Assembly (NCBI RefSeq): GCF_009914755.1 | Contig: NC_060926.1 | DNA from: the human T2T-CHM13v2.0 reference genome, Homo sapiens | Length of the DNA stretch: 64,000 nucleotides | Reading direction: 5' to 3' (one strand) | In this document: piece by piece, positions 14,801-26,254 of the stretch | Position numbering within the stretch: the first letter of the stretch is position 1 | How the letters are laid out: each line of letters begins with the position of its first letter | Translations under genes and position numbers: made by a program | The notes under the pieces: model-generated | Seen by the model: only the letters and a program-made list of their open reading frames with translations | Told to the model about the DNA's origin: nothing | Database searches by the model: none

Positions 14801-16187
14801 AATCGCCCATCTGGCAATCCCATTCGCTCCAACAGCTCCGGGGGAAAAAAAGCTGTGCTCTCTCCTCCTTAAAACATTTCTCAGGGCAAATTATGTGCAT
14901 CTAAAATAAACAGTCTTCTTATTGATCGCTTCAAAGTCAACAAGTTCCAAATGCAAAATTCAATCAAATCTTTCCTATCGTGTAAGTGTGGTGTGTATTT
15001 AGCTCAATAGTCACCAGAGTCCAACCAGACGTGTATGTCGCGCAACGGGTCTTGTAGTTCCTCTCTTCGTATTCACATTTGTGTTAGGAGAGAGCAGTGA
15101 CCACGGCCACACTACAGACCCCTGGCAGCTTTGCCCCACTGTTATTTCTTTTTTCATATTCTCTCTTTCCTTCTTTCTCTCTTTTCAGGAGGAATTAACG
15201 GTCATGGGGTAAACATAGCAACAACCAAAAAAAAAAAAAAAAAAACAGTCTAAAGTGGACATATCCTTTGGTTATGCAAAATACTTTAACATCTTTTTGT
15301 TGTTGTTGTTCCCTCTGTCTTAATTGAATATTACAAAGTGTACACAGGGCACTGCCACAAGAGCTATTGAAAATCCCCTCTCACTCCATTTAACTGACTT
15401 TTTTTTTTTGTAAAGAAAGGAAAGAGCGATTTCAAACGAAGTCAATTTCAGTGCCTGATTATTTAATTCTGTCACAAGTTAAAAGTAAAAAGCGCTGACA
15501 GGCAGACGAGTGAATGGAAAGGGGGAAGAAAAACCTATCCCTACTCTTTAAAAGACATCAAGGACTTTGGACAATCAAAATATAATTTTTATTTTCATGT
15601 AAAAGACACCTCTTCACTTACCCGCCCCCCCAAAAAAAAACCACACTCAGAAGAACTGATTACTCCACAAAGTGCAAACATCAAGAGCAGATAGTCAAAC
15701 TGCATTAATAGATTGAGAAAAATAAAATTTTCATCCAGTCCTGTTCCTGTGTGTGTACATATATATAGATACACTTTCATTAGTTAGTAATCTTTCCCAA
15801 CACTCCTGCCCTCTCCCCTTTGCCCAGCCTCCCTCCTTCAAAAAAAAAAAAAAAAAAAAAAACCCACACTGAGTTTAACTAATTTACATACTATTTGACT
15901 TCAGCAGTTATATATATATAGTGCATTACTAGTAACGTGCAACTTCTGGATGACAGCTAAAACCGATAAAAGTGGATTCAAGTAATATATTAATCAAAAC
16001 TGCAATATACAAACAAGTGATAGCAAAAGAAAAAAAAGCATGGTGACATTAAACATATATTTTTTAAAAAAAGGAATTCTATATCATGAGCAACTGCTTG
16101 CCAGGCAGTCTTCAATGGTTTTATCATGCTATTTCATTTGTCTTTCCTATTTAGATGCAAAGGAAGTAAATTCCAAAACTGACATAC

Positions 16188-16212
16188 CATAAACACTGGT
16201 GCTACTGATCAT
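16188..16212 (-). CDS. FIGN: First coding segment of fidgetin (MISSTSVY + first base of Gly9); phase-1 donor, rest of CDS outside the window to the left
   Basis: Minus strand reads agcaagaa ATG ATC AGT AGC ACC AGT GTT TAT G|gtatgtc. The peptide matches the human fidgetin N-terminus as I recall it (MISSTSVYGLKMQWTPEH...), and a canonical GT donor follows. Confidence 0.95.
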
Positions 16213-16357
16213 TTCTTGCTGGCAGCACAAAAAGCTGAATTGGATTTCTCACAAGCAGGAATTCCAAAGGTTGCTTTTCATTAAAGCCACTTTTCCTCTC
16301 AGCTATCAAATGTCACTGCCTTGAAACGTGGGCCCTTTCGTCAGGTATTCATTTAAC
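16188..16357 (-). other. FIGN: FIGN exon 2 (170 nt: 145 nt 5'UTR + 25 nt CDS)
   Basis: Acceptor ...ccccttaattatatgcatgtag|GTTAAATG at 16358/16357, preceded by pyrimidine-rich minus-strand sequence; donor TATG|gtatgt at 16188/16187. Confidence 0.85.
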
Positions 16358-17122
16358 CTACATGCATATAATTAAGGGGGAAAGCAACATCAACAAAAAG
16401 GGGATCTCAGATCACAGGAGAAGAAAGAAAGGAAAAAAAGCACATGACCAGGAATGCAAGTCCATGTCAATTTCACTCACTCCCATTGAAACTAACAAGA
16501 GCTCCGGGGAGGACGGTAATAGGATCAGTGGATTGTATATACCATTAAATTATACATCTTTCTCTCCCGTTCCTTGCCAACAATACGCCCACCACGCTGT
16601 ACCCCCTCCTAGATGATGTGCTTACATTTTTCTGCAACCGATCTTCTGACATTTTCTCGTTCCCCCAGCCACGAGATTGTAATTTAACCTCAACTTTTTG
16701 TGTGTGTGCAAGATTCTTATTTACACTTCTTATTTACTTAGAAGTTAGTTCCCGAAGAAAGTCTAGCCCCACCCTATGGCTCCGCTTTCTTATTTTTTTA
16801 TTTTTGAAGTAAAAAGATAGTAATAAGTAAGCCCAATATAGCGAAAAGCGAGATTCTTGCAATCGCGAACTCTTAATCCCATACTATTGTTACAATGATT
16901 AAGCAGCAAAAATATGCATTATAATGTTTCAGGGCTACTTTGAACAGAGAAATTAGACAGCAGGTTGGCGTACAGAATAGAAACGAGTGGAAATTGAATT
17001 TAATGTTTACGGCACAACTGAAGATCTCTTTTAATTACAGGTCTTGGATGTATTTATATTCTTTAAAAATAAAACAAAAACAAATTTAAACAGATGGTAG
17101 AAAACTACGAAGCTCCTCTTAC

Positions 17123-17300
17123 CTGAACGCGCGGAGAGAGAACCCGATAGGTTAGCGTAGCATCGATCCGATGTGTTTGCTGATGAATGGAAGCTAGGGT
17201 TAAGTGAAGGTGCCTATGATTTGAAATCATTCCAAGTTTTTGAAGGGAAGACGGACTGCAGCCTCTGCCATGTTGGAATTTCAAACCCAAAACAGCTGCT
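17123..17300 (-). other. FIGN: FIGN non-coding exon 1 (3' end precise, 5' end/TSS approximate)
   Basis: Strong donor GTTCAG|gtaaga at 17123/17122 just downstream of the CpG island, giving a 765-nt intron 1. The TSS cannot be fixed from sequence and may lie anywhere in ~17290-17600. Confidence 0.75.
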
Positions 17301-17319
17301 TGGAAGGAGCCAGCATGCC

Positions 17320-18290
17320 AGAGGCTGGGCGCAGGCGCAGAGCGCCGCAGAGCCAAATTCAAATCACTTTCACACTAAGAGCCAAAGATCAGTTTTCAAA
17401 GGAGAGAGGGAGAAAGAGACGGAGGCTGCCGTGAGGGAGAGAAGACGGGAGGCAGTGGCGAGAGGCGGGCAGTGGAGAGAGACGGGCAGCGGGAGGACCA
17501 GGAGGGAGAGGGAGAGGCGCACGGAGCCCGCGGAGCTGGAGGGGGAGAAAGGGAGGCGGGAGGCGAGCCGGCGAGCGAGCTAGAGACGCGCCAGAGATTC
17601 ATGGGCAGGGAGGGCTCAATGGCCGCGCCGCGCCGGCCGGCCGGCCGCTCGGGTCATGTTACACGGCCGGGGCCGCGGCGGCCGCCCAGCCTCGCCGACG
17701 CGCTCACGCGGCCCGGAGGGGGCCCCGAGGTCATGATTACGCGCGCGGGGACTCGCAGCTCTCCCTGCACGCACTCTCTGGCGGCCCAGCCTGGGGAAAG
17801 GGGAGCAGCGCCGTAGGGGGAAGGGGGCTTTCTTTCCCACGCGTGACCAGCCGGCCCCTGCGCTCCCCGGCCTGCGTTGGAGGGCCCGGGACAGAGCCGC
17901 GCTGCTCCCCGGCCCGCGGGCTGTTCCCTGCCGGTTCCCGGCCCTCTCGACAGCTGCGGCCCGTCCGCCCTTCCCCACCCCCTCTGCGCACGGGACGGGA
18001 TCTGGTCTCGAGAGCCTGGACCTCACCGGCACCCTCCCCGGGGCCCCCAGCACCAGCCAGAAAACGACTTGATCTGCTTAGAAGAGGCAACTTCGGGGAG
18101 AAAATTCGCGTTCGCCCAGTTCCCCTCCCCCGCCTCCCTGTGAATAAATAAAATCCTAAGTGTCTAGGTGTGCGGTCCCCTCTCGCGCTCCCTGGCTCCC
18201 CTCCCTACCTCCCCCAGGCGGCTCGGGCTGGAGAAAGCAGCGCCCGGGGGGCCCTGGTGTCGGCGGCTGGTGCGCAGGCATAGACGTTAG
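17320..18290. promoter_or_regulatory. FIGN: CpG-island promoter of FIGN
   Basis: Abrupt shift to GC-rich, CpG-dense sequence (e.g. ggccgcgccgcgccggccggccggccgc), GC-box-like GAGGCGGG motifs and a GA-rich tract at 17400-17580, directly upstream of exon 1. Confidence 0.9.
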
Positions 18291-21200
18291 GCTTCTGCCT
18301 TCCCAACCCCCCTCTATGGAGTAATCTGGGGACCCAGGAGTGGGAAGAGAGTAGGGGCTTTGTGGTGCTGGGAGCCGAGGAAGAATGAAATGTGCAGTTG
18401 AGTGTGTTGCTCGCATCCCAGGGAGCAATGCAGTGCTGATTGTCTGTTGCTGAGATAGCCTTTTGTTCGGAACATAAGGTTTAAGAAACACACACACGTT
18501 TTCTGGGGTCTCTTGTTAGATGTAAATGTGCGGCATCCAGACGCTTACTATGCAGTGTAAGCTCAGTTGGTTTACTAATCACCCCGCCCCACCCGCAAAC
18601 AATCAGGATCATTTGAATGGGAACCTCATTCAGACTTCTAGGCTGAGAGTATTGCCTTCAACCTATTTCATTCTAGACTAGCCAACCATCCAACTGAGAT
18701 AATAAAGCAAACAATAACATTTGATCATGATGTCTACGAGATAATGTGCCCGGCAAAGTTCTTTAGGAATTGTAATGAGAAAGAGAGTGAATTGGGTCAT
18801 AATTTCTCTTCGTTTTCATTAAATATGACTTTAATAGATAAATGGTGAGTTTATACTTTGGCCTGGTAGACATCCAGTCTTCTATATTTCAACGAAGCTA
18901 AGAATGAAAGAGGCAAATTATATATTCCACCAGGAGCCCATCAAGCTGAAAATGTTACCTTTGAAGGTTGGAACCGAAAATGCACTTGCTGAGGACTGAC
19001 CCTCCTCATAAGGGTGTTCACATTTCCCCCAGCTTCTCTGTTGTAGATTTGATAGCCTAAATTGCAGCTCTCCAGATGCTGAAATGCAGCTCTTTAAAAA
19101 TGCCAAATATATACTTTGAAATTAATTCCATTCACCTTTTATGATGTTCTTACCTTTGAATGGATGCCTTTAGCTAACACACTGAGAAATAAAAATTATT
19201 TCAGTTAAATCTAGGCAGATGACAGAATTTAAAAGACAAAAAAAGAGTGATTCGAGATCCTAAGAAATATTTCTAAGCAATGAGATTTCTATTTGGAATG
19301 GATTTGACCTTTCTGTGAATTTTTTAAAAAAGGAGTCTTCGAAATAAAACAGAAGAACTTTATTCTGATGTAACAGAGAACACTGAAACCTCTTTAGTTA
19401 TATTTTACAAGATGGCTTTGAAAATGATATTACGAAAAGTTGTTCATTGGATTTTACCACAAAGAAATAAGTGTAGGGAAATATCTGTGGGTCACTGTTG
19501 GATTGAGTACAGATGAATTAAAAAAAAAAAAAAACTGTGAAGCGCTCATAATCGCAGTTATTGCCCATTTGGGGAATGACGACCAAAAGTCCTCTGGACA
19601 CACAGCAGATGCTCTGTGCAATTCGGGCAAAACTGCTCTGTTCTTGTTTGTTAAAAAAGTTCAGAGCTCATCAACCTTTAACATTAAATCCTAGCGTTGA
19701 ATTTACAGTTCCTTGTGTAAATTCAAATAGTGAATAAAATATATAATACAGTGCCCACTGAATATAAAAACAATGTATTTTGATGACAGACTTAAAGCCA
19801 TTCATCTGTAATATCTAAAATAAAACAACCCCTGCTCTTTAAAAAGAGGAGGAAAAAGTGTGGTCAGCAAGAGTTTATTAATAGATAATAACTGTACCTT
19901 TCCAATTCCCTTATAGATTCATTTGAAATACACATTATAAAAAAATCATTCAACATGCAAATAAATATAATTAACTTTGGAATCAAATAATTGGAAAACT
20001 GTTCAAAAGAGCACTGGATAGAGGTACAGAGTTTCTAAATTGTTCAAAATTACATATACTCTGGGAATAAAAGACACTTACATAATAGAATATACATTAT
20101 GGGACTTCCATAATAATAAGATACACAGGAGAGTTCGTCATTGCACTATTTCTCCCTTTTTTTTTAAGTATAGGTAAAAGTTGCTTTTCTCCAATTATTT
20201 TAAGCAAAGGAAAATAAAACTTGACTTTCTTTTCCACAGAGATTCATGGCATTGTTTGCGATGTTCAGTTTTTGTTGTTTTAATAAAACTATCTTTAATT
20301 ATGTGGTATGATTAAAAAGCACTTTAACAGTCATCATATTCTGTATGCATTTATCTTCAAAACTTTTAATCAAAAGAAATGTTTCTGGCTGTAGCTGACA
20401 TCCATCTCTATAATATCTTTTGAAACTTCTTGATATAACATGAGAATTAAATATTGAGTGTTTAAAGGAAGTTGATTGGCTAGTCAGGGAAACAGTTATT
20501 TCAGAAAATAATAAATTTGACTAATTTTTCCCACTCTATTAGCAATATCATTTCTCTTTCTATTTTACTTTTTAAATGCACAGACATTATAATGCATAAC
20601 ATTTTGACTAATATGTGAAATTCTAATACACAGTATACTCGGACTTGTGCTTTTTAAGAAAATCAGAAGAAAAATCAACATAACTCTTCTTCAGGAGTGT
20701 GTGTGTGTATGCCTTCCTTTCAAGATAATTCAGAGGGGAATTCTACTTTTTTCTGCTTTTTCTTCTCAAAATAATGTAAGCAACAACAACAAAAGTGAAG
20801 GTTAAGGGAATAAGCAAAGTGATACTGAATGTGATTTTGCAAATGACCATAGACTTGTCTGCACTGGACTAAGGAAAATATGAGCTAGGCTGGACACAGA
20901 GATGTGCTTTACCTAAGTGATGGGAGAGGAAAGGAAAGGAAAAAAAATCAGTGGAGGCAGAAGGTAGACAGCGGGTAGAAAAGATGAGGGAGATGTAGGT
21001 CACAAGATGCTTTAAGGAAAGAAGTTTGGAGGGCTATCATGTATAGTTTTTCATAAAATGCTAAACGCAATTCAATTTAATTTTTCAAATATTGTTTTTT
21101 AGTTTTGAACTTAAATGTTAAATATTTTAATAAAACATTAAACTAATAATATATTCTTCCAAACTCCTGGGTTTCAAAACACATTCTAGAACTTAGTAGC

Positions 21201-21924
21201 TGTTTATGAAACTAGACTTTTTCTTTCATATTACTCACAAAAATCTGAGGTAGTTCTTACAATAATGCAAATTAGTGACAAGATAATTTTTTAATGCTTC
21301 CATAAAATTGCAGTATAAGGGTCATGATTTTCACTTCAATAAAGTTACTAAGAAGTCCTTATGTACCACCCTTTCCCCTAAAAAAAAAAAAAGAAAAAAA
21401 GAAAGAAAAAAAACCACAAAAGCTAGTGAAGATCATGACCTCATTGAGTAAAATTACTCAATTTGCTCAGAATGACACTCAAATGCAGGTACTGTCAAAG
21501 GATATTAGTGTGGTTCATACATCTCCTCAGTGATCTAGCTCTACAGTAGAGACAAACTGGAAAATCCTGTGATGGGTTCACTTAAGATGTTTTGCTTTCT
21601 TCTATTAACCTGAGTATTACATTTTTAAATTCACATATATTTATAGTGTGTGTATATTTGCTGGAACTTTTGCCTGATTTTGCATGGTTCTCAATTTCAT
21701 TTAGAAAGTATTCAATGCTTAATATAATTAAAAGTACTACACTACAAATTGCAGAGGATTTGAAGAAAAGTGACCTTAACATTTTATGGATGAAGCCAGA
21801 TAAATATAGCCCAAAGTGAATGATAGAAAGTGCAGTTATAAAGGAGTTCTGTCTAGAGGAAATTGTGAGTTCTTTTGTGAAGGACAGGACAGTTTTTCTA
21901 GACTTTGTCACAGCAATCTATTCT

Positions 21925-22071
21925 TTTTTTTTTTTTTTAATTTTTATTTGTTGCAGAGAACAGATATCACTCTGTTGCCCAAGGTGGTTTCAAACTTCTA
22001 GACCGCAGTGATCCTCCTGATTTGGCCTCCCAAAGTGCTGGGATTGCAGAAGTGAGCCCCCACACTTGGCC
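21925..22071 (-). mobile_element. Alu left monomer (FLAM-like)
   Basis: Poly-T, then gtgatcctcctgatttggcctcccaaagtgctgggatt...cttggcc; a single monomer only. Confidence 0.8.
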
Positions 22072-22339
22072 TTCTCATAGCAATTGTTATGCACCAATAA
22101 AACAGACCACTTATAGTTTGCATAAACTGTGCTGTTTTTCCTCTCTATGCCTTGCTTGACAGTGTGCCCCCTGCCTGAATTGACTTTTCCTCTCCGCTTC
22201 TGTGGGCGAACTCCCTTAAGACACTCAGCACTTAGCTCCTCCAACCCACACCCCAACCTTCCTAGAGGCACTTAAGTATCTTTCCCCTGTTTGGACTCTA
22301 TTTCTCTTTCTCTCTTTGTACCCTCACATCATTTTAAGG

Positions 22340-22480
22340 GTGTTCATGTCTTTCACTCCTGCATTAGATTTTGAGCTTCTTGAGGGCAGGCAATTATCTT
22401 CCATCTTTGTTTTTCCTCCATGCCTAAATTAATTGGGATAATTCAACATACATGCTTACTGGGGAAATTAATGAATTGAC
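22340..22480 (+). mobile_element. L2 3' fragment
   Basis: cattagattttgagcttcttgagggcagg...aatgaattga resembles the L2 3' end. Confidence 0.55.
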
Positions 22481-25373
22481 AAGTAGAGGAAATAGATATG
22501 AGCAAAGACAAATTGAAAGGAAACTGTAGAAGTATTTGCCCAAAATAGCATATAATCTAGTTTGGTTGACCCTTTGCTTTCCACAGGCACAGAATGGGAA
22601 ATAAGGATGGAAATGAGAATTGGGGATGTATTGCAGAGGAACTTCACTGAGTCCCAGCCTGAGAGGTTTTCATTTCAGTAGGCAGTTAACAGAAAGTGCT
22701 GGAAGGTTTGTAAGAAAGCGATTTATGTGGGCTGAACCCTGCTTTAAGAAGATAGAGCTAAAAGACCTGAAAATGGGGAGACCAGGAGGGAAGTTATTGC
22801 AATGGTCTAGCATTTTCTAGTCCCCCAAACTGTGAGTCCTTCTTGTAGGTTTGGTGATATGCTTCCTTGCCTTTTTTATAGATGATCTGTTTGTATTGAT
22901 TGCTCAATTCTGCACGTTCATTTTGTAATATTACAAAATGTCAGTGTGTTTAAAGGCATTCATTTAATGTCAAAGATATAAAAAGGGACAATACGTTGAA
23001 ATTGAATTTTTTCCCTCTACCTGAACATGGTCTTTCTACTCACGCTGCCTCTCTCTCCCCACTACCACCCCCACTTTACAATTAGTTCCACTCAGACCGT
23101 GCTTTCAAGCTTAGAAGATATTTCATTTTCAAGAGAAGTAATGCCTGAAGATAAAGAAAGTTCCTCCCTGGAGTATGTTTGAACAAGCAAAATAAGCAAA
23201 GTGAATTTGGTTTTTATAAACTGAATAAAAATATAGATGCACATTTCCTTCATTTAAAGTATATTAAAGTATTAAAGTTTCCTAAACAGGGCTTTTAATT
23301 CATTTAAAACAGCATTAGGTTAGGTGGGCTGTTGGTGCTTTGAATTAATGTGCAAGCTGTTAATCTCCGTAGACCTGGATTTAAAATTAGACAAAGCAAT
23401 AATTAGTTTGGCACCATCATTTCACTACCCAGAGGGTAATAATGTAGGTCATAAAATACTACAGCCTGGCACAAGTTTTTTTCTTTCTTTCTTTCTTTTT
23501 TTTTTTTTTTTTTTTTTTACAAACAAGGATCTAGTAATAGGTAGTGTGAAAAAAACCATATATATATATGTGTGTGTTTGTGTGTGTGTGTATACATATA
23601 TAAAGTGATTGCCACTGGGAAGTACAATGGCTTAGCTTTTCATATATGTTCCACTATTCCTAAAGAGACCTAAATTCATAAATTCTTATCAGGTTTTCCC
23701 TGTTTAAGGTGAGTCTTTTCCTTTCTAAGAGATACAAAGAAATCTTCACGGTTTCTCCTCTCAGTAGCTGTTTTCTTCTCCTGTAATATTTTCTCATACG
23801 ACATTTATACATTGAGTCATAGAATTAAGATTATAATTTGTACCATGCTCTTTTTTTTTTTTTTTGCTATAGTTATTCTCCCTACCAGTTTGCCATTTTG
23901 TTAAATTATAAGCATGGTGTACTGTAAATATTTTTTAACATGTAAAAGTGTTGCATTCAAGTAAGTGCTTACCATACGTATTTTGATTTGTTTTCATGGC
24001 AAACGACTACTGGCAATATCAATAATTCAAGAATAGAAACAATGAAAATACAGATGAATTGCATTTGGATACTTCTTCCTGTCAATCATCCTTGCCAGAT
24101 TCCTATTTGAACATTCTGAAAATGAGGAAGACATCAGGTCTAGCCTTAAGTATGAGTAATAGTTTTCTATTTCCTTACACTGCTCACCCCAACTGAGCTT
24201 TTAAAGCACAGGTATCTTGGGTGTCTCTATATAGCTTAATATTTCAAGTATGGAAATAATATTTTAATATTGAATTGAAAATGTATTTCATACAATATGC
24301 ATGTGCAGACTTTCCATTTTACATAAAGCAATATGCAAGCACCTGTTTGTATCTATGGAGAGTGTTCAATGTATCAGATGAGTACATTCACAAATCATTT
24401 AAGTTGAGCTTTTCAAGTGATGTGAGCCACTGATGCAAACTTGCTAATGATAATTATAGAACTGATGCTGATTTAGTCATTTCAAAAAAGCCACGGAGGC
24501 ATAATTAGTGTCTGAATGGCCTCAATATTGCATTATTAGGAGGCTAGGGTGAAACTTGAAATGAGAACATCAAGGCTGATAACAGAAAAGAAAACATGAA
24601 ATACATACATAATTCATTCTGAGATATTATAAAGGTTTATAACTAGAAACAATAATTTGCAGAAAGCATCTCATGTACTGGAGCCAACTGCAATCATTTG
24701 GTCAACCTGTTAAAGATCAAATAGTATATTCTTAGCTATTCTCAGTGGTGTCTTTGTAATAAAGTAGCAGCAAACAGACACTGTTTGCTTCTGGTCACTT
24801 TTAAAGAATGTTCAGTTTATCAGTAGGGACTTTAATCTCAACCTTAATAGAGTACAAAAGCAGCCTTGTACCTGTGCTTCTCTCCTTAAGGCCACAAGCC
24901 ATGCGGGTTTTTTTATTATTATTATTTAAAACAAGAAAAATAAAATTCTCCTTTTGAGAACACTAAATACTGTGTTTTTTTCCAAGAAAGTAATATCCAT
25001 TCACTTTCTCTTTTTTGATGCTTTTCTTCTCTCCTTCTTGCTGATACATAGATGCTCCACCACAGTTCACAGCCATCACAGGAGTGAAGACATCCACAAT
25101 ATATTTGAAGGATCCCCTGCCTTGGACCCCTGCCAGGTCTACCATTATCAAGTGACCTGATGTTGGTTGACTTGAGCCTTATAACTGAAAAGTTCTCCTT
25201 TTTTGTACTCTTTCCTATTAGTTGGCAACAGATAGGAATAATGACTCTCAACCTAAATTAAACAAACAAATAGATTGCAGTGTTAGGCGTCCATCCTCAT
25301 TAGCATAGGTTTACAGGTAATCAGAAAAAGGCATATTTAAGTACAATCTGTCTGCTATCTAACATGCCCTGCT

Positions 25374-25663
25374 GAACAGAAAACCAAATACTATATGTAG
25401 TCAGTTATAAGTAGGAGCTAAACATGGGGAACTCATGGACATAAATATGGCAATAATAGATGCAGGGGACTATAAGAGGAGGAGGACGGGAAAGGGGCAA
25501 GGTTGAAAAACTAAATGTTAGGGACTATGCTCACTACCTGGGTGACAGCATCATTTGTATCCCAAACCTCAGCATCATGAAATATAACCATGTAACAAAC
25601 CTGCACATGTAGCTCCTGAATCTAAAATGAAAGTTGAAATTATGAAATAAATAAATAAAAATA
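25374..25663 (+). mobile_element. 5'-truncated L1 3'UTR (L1PB/L1PA15-16-like) with TSD
   Basis: actatgctcactacctgggtgac..cccaaacctcagcatcat..taacaaacctgcacatgt..tgaatctaaaatgaaagttg plus A-rich tail; TSD core tgccctgct at 25365-25373 and 25666-25674. Confidence 0.9.
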
Positions 25664-26254
25664 AGTGCCCTGCTTCGAGTGTGTTTATTATTATCATTTC
25701 CAAAAGTGACAAGGTCTGGGCTGTATCACCTCTGAGAAATCTGGCTGCACTTTCTAAATATTATCTTTTTTTTTTTTCCATGTGGAGTCATACGCACAGG
25801 TGTCATACTCACAACAATCAGATTTCCAACTATCTGGGTAAAGAGAGGTGAAGAGAGCCTCAGGTATTGAGAAAGGCAGTTATACAGGTACAGAAAAATA
25901 AATCCCTAGATCCACACAGAATTACCAAGTGGATCAACTGTGTTTTAGGAGTCCATACTATATTGTGATCTCCCAAGTATCACAGCCAATTAATTTTTAA
26001 AAACCAAGTTAATTTATTTACTACTGTTTCTCCACCTCCCCAAAACAACTGGTAAACACCAAATGTTAATTATGTCCTTTGTAAACCAAGAGGCAGTGAC
26101 TTGCAGTCCCATAGTGAGACTGGTGGAAACACCAGAAGGTTGGATTTGTTTTGTTTCATTTTGTATTTTCTGGTCAGAAGATATGACAAGAAGTAACACA
26201 ATTCTTTTTCATTTCCATACTCATAAATGCAGTAGCCAAATTCGTGGCTTTCAT

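Noticed and set aside
17105-18497. Stack of 64-145-aa ORFs on both strands
   Set aside because: Stop-poor GC-rich CpG-island sequence gives R/G/P/A-rich frames with no recognisable domain. Only the ATG-initiated exon 1 uORFs were kept.
18100-19700. Divergent plus-strand lncRNA from the CpG island
   Set aside because: Plausible in principle, but I could not identify convincing exon boundaries, and an AATAAA occurs already at ~18143. Not supportable from sequence alone.
22162-22180. CTCF-like TGCCCCCTGCCTG
   Set aside because: The 3' half departs from the TGG core; too weak without ChIP data.
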